DNA from: a virus
Taxonomy: Duplodnaviria; Caudoviricetes
Length of the DNA: 64,000 nucleotides
Direction: 5' to 3' (one strand)
Virus record (IMG/VR): IMGVR_UViG_3300021387_000301
Span: 3,273 to 67,272 of that record
The translations under genes were made by a program, and so were the position numbers. Below, in pieces: positions 38,101 through 48,400 of the stretch; positions within the stretch are counted from its first letter, which is position 1, and every line of letters begins with the position of its first letter. Under the pieces are notes generated by a model that saw only the letters and a list, made by a program, of their open reading frames with translations, was not told where the DNA came from and searched no databases.

Positions 38101-39017
38101 CCTGCGAACTTATGACCATCGCACGTAGGGGCTGTGTCCTCAATCCGCAAGACTACCCCGAAGGCTCGGCAGAGAGAGCCAGCATTGAGCGCAGGCAGAC
38201 CCTCTTCGAGATAAGCGTCACCGATGGGCGCATCACCAAGCTGTCTGGTGTTATGACACCCAAACTCGCCAACGGCAATTTCGGTGTGACGATAGGCGAG
38301 CTGCCCAACTTCGTAAAGAACTATCCCGATGTGGCTTCACGCTATAAGGAGGGCGATTATATGTACGCCCAAGGCATCGTGGTGGGAGACTACATCAAGA
38401 TAGACAAAGAGGGCAAGCCCGTGCCGCATCCTATCTACCCGCAGAGGAATTGGGTCAGTGGACAGGCGCTCATAGACGCAGGCGAGACACCCGAACCAGG
38501 CTACGGCATCTACTACGCTAACCACTGGAACGCGGACAATAGGCAGTATGAGACACACTACGTCACGCATAAAGGTGTGCTATGGCAGTGCCTACAGACG
38601 CAGCCCGTAGTAAGTGGTAGCACAGTAACCTACTACGAACCCAAATGGAACAGCGCCTATTGGAGGTTGGTAGATGGCAACGAGAATATCACCATTGAGT
38701 TTGACTCTTCAAGGGGCTATTCCTTCCGACGCGGTGCTGTGAACACTACCATCACGCCGTATCTCTTCTACGGCAACGTAGATATCACTGACGATGTGGA
38801 TGAGGAATACTGGTTGTGGACGAGGGAGAGCGAGAGCGGCAAGACGGAGCAGGATGCCACTTGGGATGCACAGCATACACGGCAGAAAGTTCTCCAACTG
38901 AGCAACACCGATATGCCGCAGGGATGGTCTTCGGCCAACAAAGCTATCTTCACCTGTACCGTGACGGTCAACGATGGCAAGACAACGCGAATAGTAAACA
39001 ATCAGATTATATCATAA
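35157..39017 (+). CDS. baseplate hub / Tal-like tail protein
   Basis: 1286 aa; FKYGKGNGLYEI and VTRLKAYG prophage-tail motifs; beta-helix-like repeats. Confidence 0.75.
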   Translation: MQTRWNIYSKAGALKAVTDTLELHDEWMGECYVTLTIESPSPVGFAIDDYLDYRGERFIIDFDPSIIKDAERDSYGKAFVYNDIKFVHEAHSKILRCDFTDIVLSDNQSHYTSLPKFPFFCGSVDDLLDRIQANLEELFPGEFTIIGLNTVRNRSRATCVSPAAVSRQDAEYRKYVDPSGAEKTDDYGVLNVALTVDNITCWDALAKVNESFELNFILRGYTIIVGTYGSFTANKFKYGKGNGLYEIEQVAADGAQVVTRLKAYGNETNLPLHYYAHVKEMGYTTVRSYSASGNGYLVTLDLMYNPAYFNGIGHSDVGVGWRELGVRIGAVSGMARVYIIATGPRNTDFYLGTEENTSAVVSAFGAALAAGAEIYLTSGVATNRLPSANVVSTQSDTSIPSNMAISRLMLPGFPSQSLADWVAENRPELIAEGFTFSTNPLRPYIDSPNVALYGIRPGNIYFDGSNETENVYPTITEMVVDGVEVDVIAEAEQITDNGVFTTNTDVPNFKITLPKLGFALDAVIMSDAAIEMKDGMCGARSFKIVNVKPLENGQWQCEVERTEDSSLHLWFPYEDFQIRTGDHYVLTGIELPEEYVEQASVRLFDEAIPALRDIHAPKFTWQPKIDELFMARQNEAAEHSSGVVSLHDSLCSGDLFLFEDADLGIDLAMPIDILTIKENDKGNGIPTYEISLREEKAVTAIQRLTNKIDSIANGSIPIAGGNGSAGGSGDGISIAVAKQMFLSKQDADTAQGHITFEDGLTSNGDVDVNGNTETDTLQVNDDAGVGGDLNVSGNATIGGNAEISGNTTLDGSIGTRDFEPGVRGWQADKNGNIEVESLTSRSFIMTEAMLINRQQGQEGDTLFTENDQVEAVESFIDETDGSTHYILTLKEKWEGYFTAQQVGNIVKGIVNTFAAKDAGVSDYTSSADLAYQGQDNGGNYYYTSWMHVVATHNTAQGRLGVNQIEVVLFGDTEVLAGKNFPPCELMTIARRGCVLNPQDYPEGSAERASIERRQTLFEISVTDGRITKLSGVMTPKLANGNFGVTIGELPNFVKNYPDVASRYKEGDYMYAQGIVVGDYIKIDKEGKPVPHPIYPQRNWVSGQALIDAGETPEPGYGIYYANHWNADNRQYETHYVTHKGVLWQCLQTQPVVSGSTVTYYEPKWNSAYWRLVDGNENITIEFDSSRGYSFRRGAVNTTITPYLFYGNVDITDDVDEEYWLWTRESESGKTEQDATWDAQHTRQKVLQLSNTDMPQGWSSANKAIFTCTVTVNDGKTTRIVNNQIIS

Positions 39018-39021
39018 GACT

Positions 39022-41739
39022 ATGGGAAGAAAACTGAATATCTCGACACCTACGGTCATTAACACCGAACTCGTGCCCTTCAACGAATCGTTCTATATCG
39101 AGACTGATGGGCAGACGGAGCAGTGGTACTATGACAATACTGGCGAATATGCTCCTAACAGGCGCGTGACACCTCTCACTCTCACACCGCATATCTCCGT
39201 ATTCGACAAGGACACCAAGACGAGTTACACGCCTTTGTTCTATACTATGCAATGGTATGTCAACGAGTATGACTCCAAGAGCGGTGAGTATGTCGAGCGT
39301 CTTATCACCGACCAAGTGGACGGTGACACCGTGGACTATCTCATCGTAGGTTTCACGCTGAGGGTCAAGGCCAACGTATCACATTCGAGAGGTGTGACGA
39401 TACGCTGTGAGGCTACGTATATCGACCCACGCGATAGCGGTGTCACCTATGCCGTGCAAGGCCAAGTGCTGCTGACTACGAACAGGGATGCCGATGTTGT
39501 CTTCCCCGATGTGGATATTATCTCTCCCTCGGCACGCGCCTACAACCCTTTGGAGGATGCTTCGTCTATCTTCACCTTTGAGGGCGCTGTGACCAATGCG
39601 AGTGACAAGGGAGATAACAGCATCATCGCCAAGTATAATATGGATGGCTACGGCACGGAGCAGATACTTCCCGACAACTCCGATGGCGTGGTGTCATGTT
39701 CCCCAGTAATGGACATCACCTACCCCGAAGGCGAAGATACCGATGTTCAGTTCACTTTCCGACCTACTGCCGCTGGTGAGCGACAGGGTGAGAGTGGCAA
39801 TGCCTTTGTTACGGGGATGAGGGGAAATACGGTTGTGTGGAATCAAGGCTATAATTTCACACCTCCTGTAACGGTAAACCTCGATAACTCCAGTGGAACG
39901 TCAGTCCTTATACGCGGTGTGCTAAATGCCACTATGAGATTAACACCCAATCACAAGTATTATATTGCGAGCGGATATAAAGGCACAGCCAATGTCGCCG
40001 TTTATCCAGCGAATGTAAGTTCCGTGGTATTGGATATTTCCGATACACCCCTGATTATACAGGTCCGAAGTAGTGTTTCATCAAACACAACCACAGGTCT
40101 TTATTATCGCGTTCCTGCTGGTGTGAATTGCAAGAGTACTATCTGTCCGCGAATGTTTGACCTCACTCTCATGTTCGGCTCAGGCAAGGAACCCTCCACC
40201 GTAGCCGAGTTTGAGTCTTGGCTTGCACAGAACGTAGGGCTGCGTGACTACTACCCCTACAACGCAGGGGAGTTGATACCTGTTAAGACAACGGCAATAA
40301 GGACTACGGGGTTCAATCAGTGGGATGAGGAATGGGAGGCAGGCATATATAATAGTACAACGGGCGAAAAGCAAGCACTAAGCGGTGCTATTAGGAATAA
40401 AAATCTTATCGACGTATTCAGTGGAACTGAATATTTCTACAATATGGGAACCGCTCATACTTGGCGGGTCTTGTTCTATGATAGTAATAAAAATTACATA
40501 TCATCTTTCTCCCCTGGCTTGACGAATAAAGGTGGTAGTTTTACAACCCCTTCTGGCTGTAGGTTTTTAGCTTTCTATACTGGCGGTACCTACGGCATCA
40601 CCTACAACCACGACATTTGCATTTCCCTCTCATCCTCTCGCAATGGAGACTACGAAGCCCATTGGAGCAACACGGCATCCCTTGACATCGCATCCATCAC
40701 AGGCAAGCTGAATGGCACGGGAGAGAGTGTTTCAGTCTTCCCCGATGGAATGAAGAGAGCGGGGAATGTGTATGACGAGATAAAGATTGAGGATGGTGTT
40801 GTCAAGGCTGTAAAGAGAGTTGGGAGCGTGGATTTGGGGACGCTGAATTGGGAGAAAACAGGCGGCGGAAAAGTCGGCATTTTTGGGGCAAGTTTAGCAG
40901 ACATTATGCACAATAGAACAAGGCAAAATTATTGCACACCCCCATACGCGGCCTCGCATTATAGCCCCCTTTGGCTTGAACAGGTGGACGATGTTATTAC
41001 AGAAAAAGATGGTATTTCGGGTGCTCCTGGTATTTTTATAAGAGACACCTCTTACGACTCATATTCCACTGCCGCCTTCAAAACCGCAATGTCGGGCATA
41101 ATCCTCTACTACGAACTCGCCACCCCCGAAGAATACGTCCTCGATCCCATCCAAGGCTTTGCCAACTTCGTATGGTACGGCATCCAAGACGACAATGAGG
41201 TGCTAATAGACACACTGCCCTACTACGTCAGCGGCCAGAACACAAAGACACTGACCGTAGATGCTATGTACGGAGACAATATCAGCGTAGTGCTGAGAGC
41301 CAAGAACGGCACGACATCGGAGCTATCTCCCTCCAAGGACTTCGCCAACCTCGTATGGCGCATCCCCGACATAGACTCCACGGTAGTCAGCCGTCATGGG
41401 CAGGCCGTGCGCAGCGACACCAAGGAAATGCTCTTTGAGACGGCCATAAACTCCAATGGTACGGTGCTCACCGATGCCGTAAAGAAAGCGCACCTGCTCC
41501 AAAATTGGAAATACCGCAAGAGCACTACCACTACGGAGAAGGATGCTGGCTACGGACTAAGCACCGTCATAGAGGCTGAGGAACTGAAGAACGTGAAGGC
41601 CACCAGCGGCCCAACGGCCAACACCCTCGTATTCCCCTATATCTACGTCAAAGGTCCTTATGAGGCTGTGACCCTCGACGATGGCACAACCCCCGTCACG
41701 GACAGCGATGGCACGACACCTATCTACGCACGAATCTAA
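39022..41739 (+). CDS. tail structural protein with mosaic inserted domain
   Basis: 905 aa; lower-GC central segment containing FDLTLMFGSGKEP. Confidence 0.7.
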   Translation: MGRKLNISTPTVINTELVPFNESFYIETDGQTEQWYYDNTGEYAPNRRVTPLTLTPHISVFDKDTKTSYTPLFYTMQWYVNEYDSKSGEYVERLITDQVDGDTVDYLIVGFTLRVKANVSHSRGVTIRCEATYIDPRDSGVTYAVQGQVLLTTNRDADVVFPDVDIISPSARAYNPLEDASSIFTFEGAVTNASDKGDNSIIAKYNMDGYGTEQILPDNSDGVVSCSPVMDITYPEGEDTDVQFTFRPTAAGERQGESGNAFVTGMRGNTVVWNQGYNFTPPVTVNLDNSSGTSVLIRGVLNATMRLTPNHKYYIASGYKGTANVAVYPANVSSVVLDISDTPLIIQVRSSVSSNTTTGLYYRVPAGVNCKSTICPRMFDLTLMFGSGKEPSTVAEFESWLAQNVGLRDYYPYNAGELIPVKTTAIRTTGFNQWDEEWEAGIYNSTTGEKQALSGAIRNKNLIDVFSGTEYFYNMGTAHTWRVLFYDSNKNYISSFSPGLTNKGGSFTTPSGCRFLAFYTGGTYGITYNHDICISLSSSRNGDYEAHWSNTASLDIASITGKLNGTGESVSVFPDGMKRAGNVYDEIKIEDGVVKAVKRVGSVDLGTLNWEKTGGGKVGIFGASLADIMHNRTRQNYCTPPYAASHYSPLWLEQVDDVITEKDGISGAPGIFIRDTSYDSYSTAAFKTAMSGIILYYELATPEEYVLDPIQGFANFVWYGIQDDNEVLIDTLPYYVSGQNTKTLTVDAMYGDNISVVLRAKNGTTSELSPSKDFANLVWRIPDIDSTVVSRHGQAVRSDTKEMLFETAINSNGTVLTDAVKKAHLLQNWKYRKSTTTTEKDAGYGLSTVIEAEELKNVKATSGPTANTLVFPYIYVKGPYEAVTLDDGTTPVTDSDGTTPIYARI

Positions 41740-41752
41740 CAACTATACTACA

Positions 41753-41899
41753 ATGAATATCGAAGACGCAATCAAAGCTAAGTTCGCCACTGTTATCACG
41801 GCGGCACAGGTAACGGACACCTTGCACCTCGCGGTATGCGATGGTACTGGCGCTCCTATTGGTAACATCAGCCTTGAAGAGATAGGCAAAATGTCTTAG
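41753..41899 (+). CDS. small hypothetical tail-region protein
   Basis: MNIEDAIKAK..., 48 aa; shares a DGT.P.G motif with the N-terminus of the next gene. Confidence 0.55.
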   Translation: MNIEDAIKAKFATVITAAQVTDTLHLAVCDGTGAPIGNISLEEIGKMS

Positions 41900-41902
41900 T
41901 CT

Positions 41903-43801
41903 ATGGCAACGATAACCGAAGCATTACAAGCCCTTCTGGCGAACCGTCAGAACAGCTACAAGGACAACCCCTCGGATGAGTGCCTTCTTGTCACGCAGGC
42001 CGATGGCACACCCGTGGGCAGACTGCCCCTCACTGAGTTATTCCAATCTAATTGGTGGAACATACAGAAGAACGTAGAGGGTTTCCTGCGTGTGGCAGGC
42101 AGTTCCAATCCTGCCTTGACCTACAAGCACTACCCTCATCGGTCAGACCTCAACCCCGATAAAGGGCCGTTCTCGGTGTTCTACCCTTGCCTTATCGGCA
42201 ACAATTTCACGGGTGGCACAAGCTGCGGCAAGATACTCCATATCCTAAAGAAATTCGGTGCCAAGACCGACTCCTTCGGCAATCCAGCGTGGGAGGGCTT
42301 GGATGGCCAGCTGTACAAGATTGACGGCTCGCAGGGAGAGGTTATGATAACCAATATCCAGTCCTACTATCAGATAGCAGGCCACTACACCATCGCAGAC
42401 CTCGACAACCTCAACCTCGATGTCTTCCTGCGGTCACTGACGCCTTTCACCTTCCACGGCATCGTGGCAGAGGAAATCAAGCCTTTCGGATGGTCGCCCG
42501 ACTACTGCGTAGCCCATAGTGACAGCGATAATGTCACTCGTATGCACTCCGTGTATAACCCCGATTGGGATGGCGATTCCTATTCGCAGATCGGCGATGT
42601 TCACGGAAGATATGTCTGCACAATGTCCTCTACGGGGGAAATCTCCGAGACCTATGATGCCGAGGGCACGATGATGAACGGCAGAGGTGGCTACCATACC
42701 ACATCGTTACAACTCTATACAGGCGAGCAGTATGCGATGAACCTCAATGACGATAAGACCAAGACCTACCCCTATTTTAACCACACCGCGAGAGGTGCTG
42801 AACTTCTGTTCGCAGGTCTTGTGGCCGAGGGCGGTACGTTCGACACTCATAACAAATCCCTCTTCGGAGCGCCCTATTGCATCAATAACACTATGGCTGC
42901 GGCCGATTGGGATGAGTCAGCCACCGACGCTGCCAACGGCATACGCTTTGAGAATGGACAAGGCGGCACTACCTATGCTGGCTTGACATACAGCGGCACT
43001 AACAACCTCGGCAACAACTGCACCTATATGGGCTTTGTCCCCACTGGCGGCTATCGCAACGTATGGAAGATAATGGAAGCCCACCGCGCCGTGTCCTTCG
43101 CCATTCAGAACAAGATAGCCCCCTTGACGTGGTTTGCTTTTGAGGGCAACAAGTACAAGTACCGCGCCGTAGATGGTTTCCTCGGCCCCGAAGATGGCGA
43201 AATGACGTGTGTGGTATGGAAAGTAATGTCGGGCAAGTTCGGCACTGTAGCCCACGATCCAACCGACACCTCTATCTCCCTCGAAGGTAAGCGCTTCGAT
43301 ATGTGCGTCACCCAAGCCCTCTATCACGGTATGGTGCTGTCCGTAAGCCCTGGCTGGTGGACGAGCGGCCTTGTCTTTACGCAGGATGAGAACAGGACAT
43401 ACACCGCCTACATACAGCGCGACCAGACCAAGCTCGTCAAGACACCTACGGGCGAGGTTGCAACAAGCGATAGTTTCTCCTTTGAGTCGGTCTATGATGA
43501 GTTAGGCTTCACCATCGCGGCAGGCAGCGGCTATGCCAAGAACTACAGCAATGACGCCCTGATGATGCCCGACAGCGATGCCAACAAGACTGGCGGCGCG
43601 TTACACACCTATGTCGGTAAGTACAACTACTTTACGGGTGGTGCTGCCTCTGCTGGCAAGAAGGTAGTCCGTGGTTTTCTGCGCGGTAACTACTTCGTCA
43701 GTTCGGTCTTGTCTCCGCTTTGCGTGGTCGCTAACGGTGCCCCTTCGGCCGCGGGTTCGAACACGGCTTTCGGCACCTGTTGTATGATTGCAGACTCCTA
43801 A
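41903..43801 (+). CDS. receptor-binding protein with DGR-target-like (C-type lectin) C-terminus
   Basis: 632 aa ending VRGFLRG...LSPL...N.APS....AFGTCC. Confidence 0.65.
   Translation: MATITEALQALLANRQNSYKDNPSDECLLVTQADGTPVGRLPLTELFQSNWWNIQKNVEGFLRVAGSSNPALTYKHYPHRSDLNPDKGPFSVFYPCLIGNNFTGGTSCGKILHILKKFGAKTDSFGNPAWEGLDGQLYKIDGSQGEVMITNIQSYYQIAGHYTIADLDNLNLDVFLRSLTPFTFHGIVAEEIKPFGWSPDYCVAHSDSDNVTRMHSVYNPDWDGDSYSQIGDVHGRYVCTMSSTGEISETYDAEGTMMNGRGGYHTTSLQLYTGEQYAMNLNDDKTKTYPYFNHTARGAELLFAGLVAEGGTFDTHNKSLFGAPYCINNTMAAADWDESATDAANGIRFENGQGGTTYAGLTYSGTNNLGNNCTYMGFVPTGGYRNVWKIMEAHRAVSFAIQNKIAPLTWFAFEGNKYKYRAVDGFLGPEDGEMTCVVWKVMSGKFGTVAHDPTDTSISLEGKRFDMCVTQALYHGMVLSVSPGWWTSGLVFTQDENRTYTAYIQRDQTKLVKTPTGEVATSDSFSFESVYDELGFTIAAGSGYAKNYSNDALMMPDSDANKTGGALHTYVGKYNYFTGGAASAGKKVVRGFLRGNYFVSSVLSPLCVVANGAPSAAGSNTAFGTCCMIADS
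43669..43785 (+). other. DGR-like variable region
   Basis: About 10 A in about 115 nt; fixed A-free codons alternate with NNC/NNT codons. Confidence 0.55.
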
Positions 43802-43819
43802 CAATAAAACAATACTACT

Positions 43820-44242
43820 ATGGCATTAGACACAGCTTTCTACTTAGTAACGTCCGACATCGCCAAGCGCAGCGGGCTGTACGGCAAACGTTACATCGCC
43901 CCCGACGGGCGTTTCATCCTCGACAACAAAGACCTTTCGCGCGTGCGTTTTACCACCGATGAGTATATCAGCGGCCTTGCTGGTGTGGAGCGTATCGCCT
44001 CGCAGGCAGAGGCTCAGGCTCTCATTGCGGCAGGGGGCTACAATATGACTCCCTCGGACACCTCCCACGACCGTCCTCGCACTGAGTATGACGTGGAAGT
44101 GCCGCAGGAAGACATTATTGAAGATAATGTAGTGTCCGAACCCGAAGGAGAACCCACGGAGAGCGGCGCAGAGGACGATTCCGAGGCCGCTGAGAGCACG
44201 GAAACGGAGAACCCGACCGACACACCCGCCGAGGAAGAATAA
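43820..44242 (+). CDS. hypothetical tail-region protein with acidic tail
   Basis: 140 aa. Confidence 0.7.
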   Translation: MALDTAFYLVTSDIAKRSGLYGKRYIAPDGRFILDNKDLSRVRFTTDEYISGLAGVERIASQAEAQALIAAGGYNMTPSDTSHDRPRTEYDVEVPQEDIIEDNVVSEPEGEPTESGAEDDSEAAESTETENPTDTPAEEE

Positions 44243-44276
44243 CTCAACACAGACAAACTTTTAAACTTTTCCGACT

Positions 44277-45392
44277 ATGAGTTCCATTTCCAATAGATTT
44301 TACGTCACCGCCTTAGAGGACGGCACGACGCTCCACGGCAACCTCGTCAGCGACAAGTCACTCACCCAAAGCTGGAATGATGAGTCCGCAGTACCCGACT
44401 GGACTATAGCCTCTGAACAGCCTACAATCTATCTCACCCTGCTTTCGGGTGGCACCCTCGTAGAGCCGAGCACCGAGTTCACTTGGTACTACAATGACGA
44501 GGCCATCAGCTTCAACGCCAGCGGCATTTCGGCCAACGGCCTTTTCCAGCGTACCACCAAGTCAGTCACTATGGGCACTGTCACGGCCACGATGCCTGCC
44601 TTGAAGATAATCGGCAACCTCGCATCGAGCGATAATGTCGATATGGACCGCATCGCCTTCGTGGGTAACTACACCATCAACGGCACTGGTATCTCCTTCC
44701 GTGCGGAGGCTCAGGTGCGTATCACACGTATGGAGTCCAACGGCTACCTCGGCGTAATCAATTTCAAGGATGGTGTCTCGGACATCACCGAGAAAGGGCA
44801 GTCAATACTGATGTACGGCACGCTCTACGGCAGCGATGGCTCGCCCGTCACGGGCGCTACTACGATGTGGTATCTCAACGGAGCATCCACAGGCACGCCC
44901 GGCGCTACTATCAGCGGCTATTCGCAGGCATACCAAATCACCGAGAGCCAAGTGGTTGACCACGCCGTGATAGCCTGCCGTTTCTATGTGGGCAACGACC
45001 TCAAATACACCTCGTACTGCGCTGTTGATGATATGCAAGACCCAGAGTATATGTATGTGCAGTACAATGGTGCCAACGGCAATGCCGCATCGCTGAGAAG
45101 GGGCGAGGTGGCACGTTTCGACATCTTCGTGGGGACACGTACCGACCCCACACCTATAGGCGGTGTCTCTACCCCCACATACCAAACCTACAAAGTGTTA
45201 CTCCTTGATGGCGATGGCGAGATAATTATGGATAGCAGCCTCACGCAGCAAATCCCCAATCCCGACACCAACGGCTACCGCACGCTGCCTATGGAGGATG
45301 GCAAGGCGTACATCACGCCCGATTATGCCACCGTCAACAGCCACGGCAAGAATCTTACGGGCATCATCATCGCCAGCACATCGGCATCCTAA
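44277..45392 (+). CDS. tail structural protein
   Basis: 371 aa, Ig-like beta-rich, DGTTLHG motif. Confidence 0.65.
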   Translation: MSSISNRFYVTALEDGTTLHGNLVSDKSLTQSWNDESAVPDWTIASEQPTIYLTLLSGGTLVEPSTEFTWYYNDEAISFNASGISANGLFQRTTKSVTMGTVTATMPALKIIGNLASSDNVDMDRIAFVGNYTINGTGISFRAEAQVRITRMESNGYLGVINFKDGVSDITEKGQSILMYGTLYGSDGSPVTGATTMWYLNGASTGTPGATISGYSQAYQITESQVVDHAVIACRFYVGNDLKYTSYCAVDDMQDPEYMYVQYNGANGNAASLRRGEVARFDIFVGTRTDPTPIGGVSTPTYQTYKVLLLDGDGEIIMDSSLTQQIPNPDTNGYRTLPMEDGKAYITPDYATVNSHGKNLTGIIIASTSAS

Positions 45393-45420
45393 CCTATTCA
45401 CTCCTTAAACTCTCCGTACT

Positions 45421-48400
45421 ATGTCTGCTACGAAAACTATATCTAATTCCTTTGTTGTAACCACCGTGGAGGATGGAGTGAGCCAGCCTTACTACATCGA
45501 GACACAGGAAACGTGGAGCAATGTGGCATCAGTAGCCAATTCCTCTACTGAACCCTCGCCCAACGCAGGATGGTTCAACTACACTCCAGCCAAGGGTTCG
45601 TGGACGTACCTTTGGCGCAGATCAAGGACAATGACTCTCAATGAGGAAACGCGGGAATATGTCGCTGGCCCTTGGTCTTATCAGCGCCTTTCGGGCGAGA
45701 ACGGCACAAGTATCAGCGTAAAAGGCACGGTGGCAACCATCAACGACCTGCCTACCACCCACGCTGACGGCGATGCCTATGTTGTAGAGGCAGACCGCCA
45801 CCTCTATATGTGGAGCAGCGAGGCAGGCAGATGGCTCGACATCGGAGAGTTTAAGGGCGAATCGGGAAAGACATACTACACACATATCGCGTGGGCGACC
45901 GATGTCACCATTGGCGGCAACGTACCTTCAAAGCCCACAGGGCAGACAACCACGCCAAACGCATCTTCGGTTACAGGCTTCACCGTTTCTCCTGTTGATG
46001 GTTGCAAATGGATTGGCGTAATGGTCAATGAGACCGTGGCTGACAGCACTACTGGCACTCTCTACACTTGGCAGGAGTCCAAAGGTGAGGATGCCGTGAC
46101 CTATTTCATCACGGCCAACCAATCCAATATGACCATCCTCAGTGATGAGACCTCAGTGACCAACTCCATCACGGCAAGGCTGTGGAGACGCGAGGGCGAG
46201 ACATCAAGCCTATATTCTGCCTACCTCGGCATCTACACGCAGAATGTCAACGGCACGCGCACAAGTGTAGCATCGGCCACGAACTCTTCGATTACCGCCT
46301 CGGTAACGGCCGACACATCGACAAAGTGTGTGGAGGTCTATGCTTGGGAAACAGCCCCCTCAACATCGGAGATAGCCAATCCCTCGACCTATCTCGCAAG
46401 GGTTGAGATAAGCGTTACCAAGCACGGCGACACTGGCCCTATGGGAGAGAGTAACATACAGCTGACCTTGGATAACGTTCAAGATACCGTAGTGATAGAC
46501 ACGCTGGGAACAATGTTAATCCCCGCCAATGTCACTATAGCAAAGCTGTGGGATGGCCATACGCAGATTACCGACACAACCAAGATGTCTTTCGATGCCT
46601 ATCTCAATGGCCGCGATATCATCAATGACACAAGCGGCGCTTTCCGCATCGTCAATAACGGTCCGCAGACATCTGGCGGTGTATATATCGGTAATGAGTT
46701 TGAGTTTGAGAACTTGGAAGCTCTCACCCCAGACTCATACCGCATTGAGATAGGCTGCACCTATAATGGTGTGCGCTATACGGCTATTTGGGGAATAAAC
46801 ATCATTCAAGGCGATGACAAGTACGAGGTTGAAATAACTCCCGACAATGTGGCCTTCAATACATCGGCTGGCACTCCTTCCTCCGTCACGGCATCAGTAA
46901 GGATATACCACATCGACGCAACGCAAGAGCGGACGCAGATAACCTCTCTCCCTGGCTCTCAGTGGAGGTTGCGTTACTACACCTCATCGGCCACTCCAAG
47001 TTATGACCAAGGCGGCAATCTCACCCTTAATAGCGGTGTGTGGACGTTCAACCTCACAGCGTCCAACCTGCGTACCTACAACTACTACCAAGTAGCCTTA
47101 TGGTATGTCGATAGGAATGGCAACTACGCTATTGCCGACATAGACACTATTGAGTTCATCAAGGCCGCTAACGGTGCTGATGGTGTGACCTATGAGATTC
47201 TGCCGAATATAGAGTCTATCACTATTCCGAGCGACCAATCCTCTACTACGGTAGATTTGTCGGCCCAGTTCGTGAAACGGGTATCCGATGGCACAACCAG
47301 CTCGGTAAATCTGAATACCGTTGTGGCATACCGCAACACCGACGGCACATATCCCTCATCCGTTATTCTTAGGGTAAACAACGTCCCTGGCTTTTCTTCC
47401 CCCGGCACGCAAATAACCAATGCTGCACAGGCGGTTGTTATCTTCACCTATCCCTTGAATGTCACTCCTACGGCCAGCAACTACACTACTGTTTGGACTA
47501 ACAAGAGGGAGATACCTGTTATCAGCAACGGAAACACGGGAGGCCAAGGCCCCAAGGGCGACATCGGTCGCGGCTACTACTACGATGGCGAGTATGACAG
47601 CAGCAAGACCTACGAACTCACGGCCACACAAGCGCCTTATGTAAGCTATAACGGCTCATATTGGCTGCGCGTGGGCGAGGATGGCTCAACCACTACCGAT
47701 GTACCCTCCAGCAGTTCCGCTGATTGGTCTATTATGACCAACGATTTCAAGTACCTCATCACCGAGGCTATGTTCACCGACTTCGCCAAGCTGGGCAGTG
47801 CCATCTTCAACAGGGATTGGATGTATTCGCAGTACAGCAACTCTCTTACGTTCATCTATTCGGGCAGCTACACCGCCTCGGCTCAGTCGTGGACGCAGAT
47901 AGGCTCGACCTTTGAGGTTAAGCAGGGCGTCAAATATTCGGTGTTCATCACTTGTAGGTGTACCACCAGCAGCGGTGCTGTATTCCAAGTGTTCTACGGC
48001 AGTTCTTCGGGCGCAGGTCGTTTGCACGCCACTGGTACTACATCATCCATCTACACGCTGAATTTCGTCGGTGAGCAGGATGGCGAGGCCAACATTCGTG
48101 TATATGCCAACGCCAACGTTACGTGCTATGTCACGCGCATAGCCCTTGACATCAACGGCAACTACACCGACATTTCGCCCTCGTTTATGAACAACGATAC
48201 TCTGGTGCTGTATGACAACAGCGTGAATATGACGTCCGTATATAACACCAGCACAAGCACGACATACACCCCTATCGTCAATGCTCCTGTCTATCTTGTC
48301 GCAGGCAAGAGTTACAAGGTCGTTGCAACGGCAAGGAAGAACGCATCCACATCAAGCACTTTGTATGTGCGTATGCGTTGGGTGGGTACGTCCACTAACG

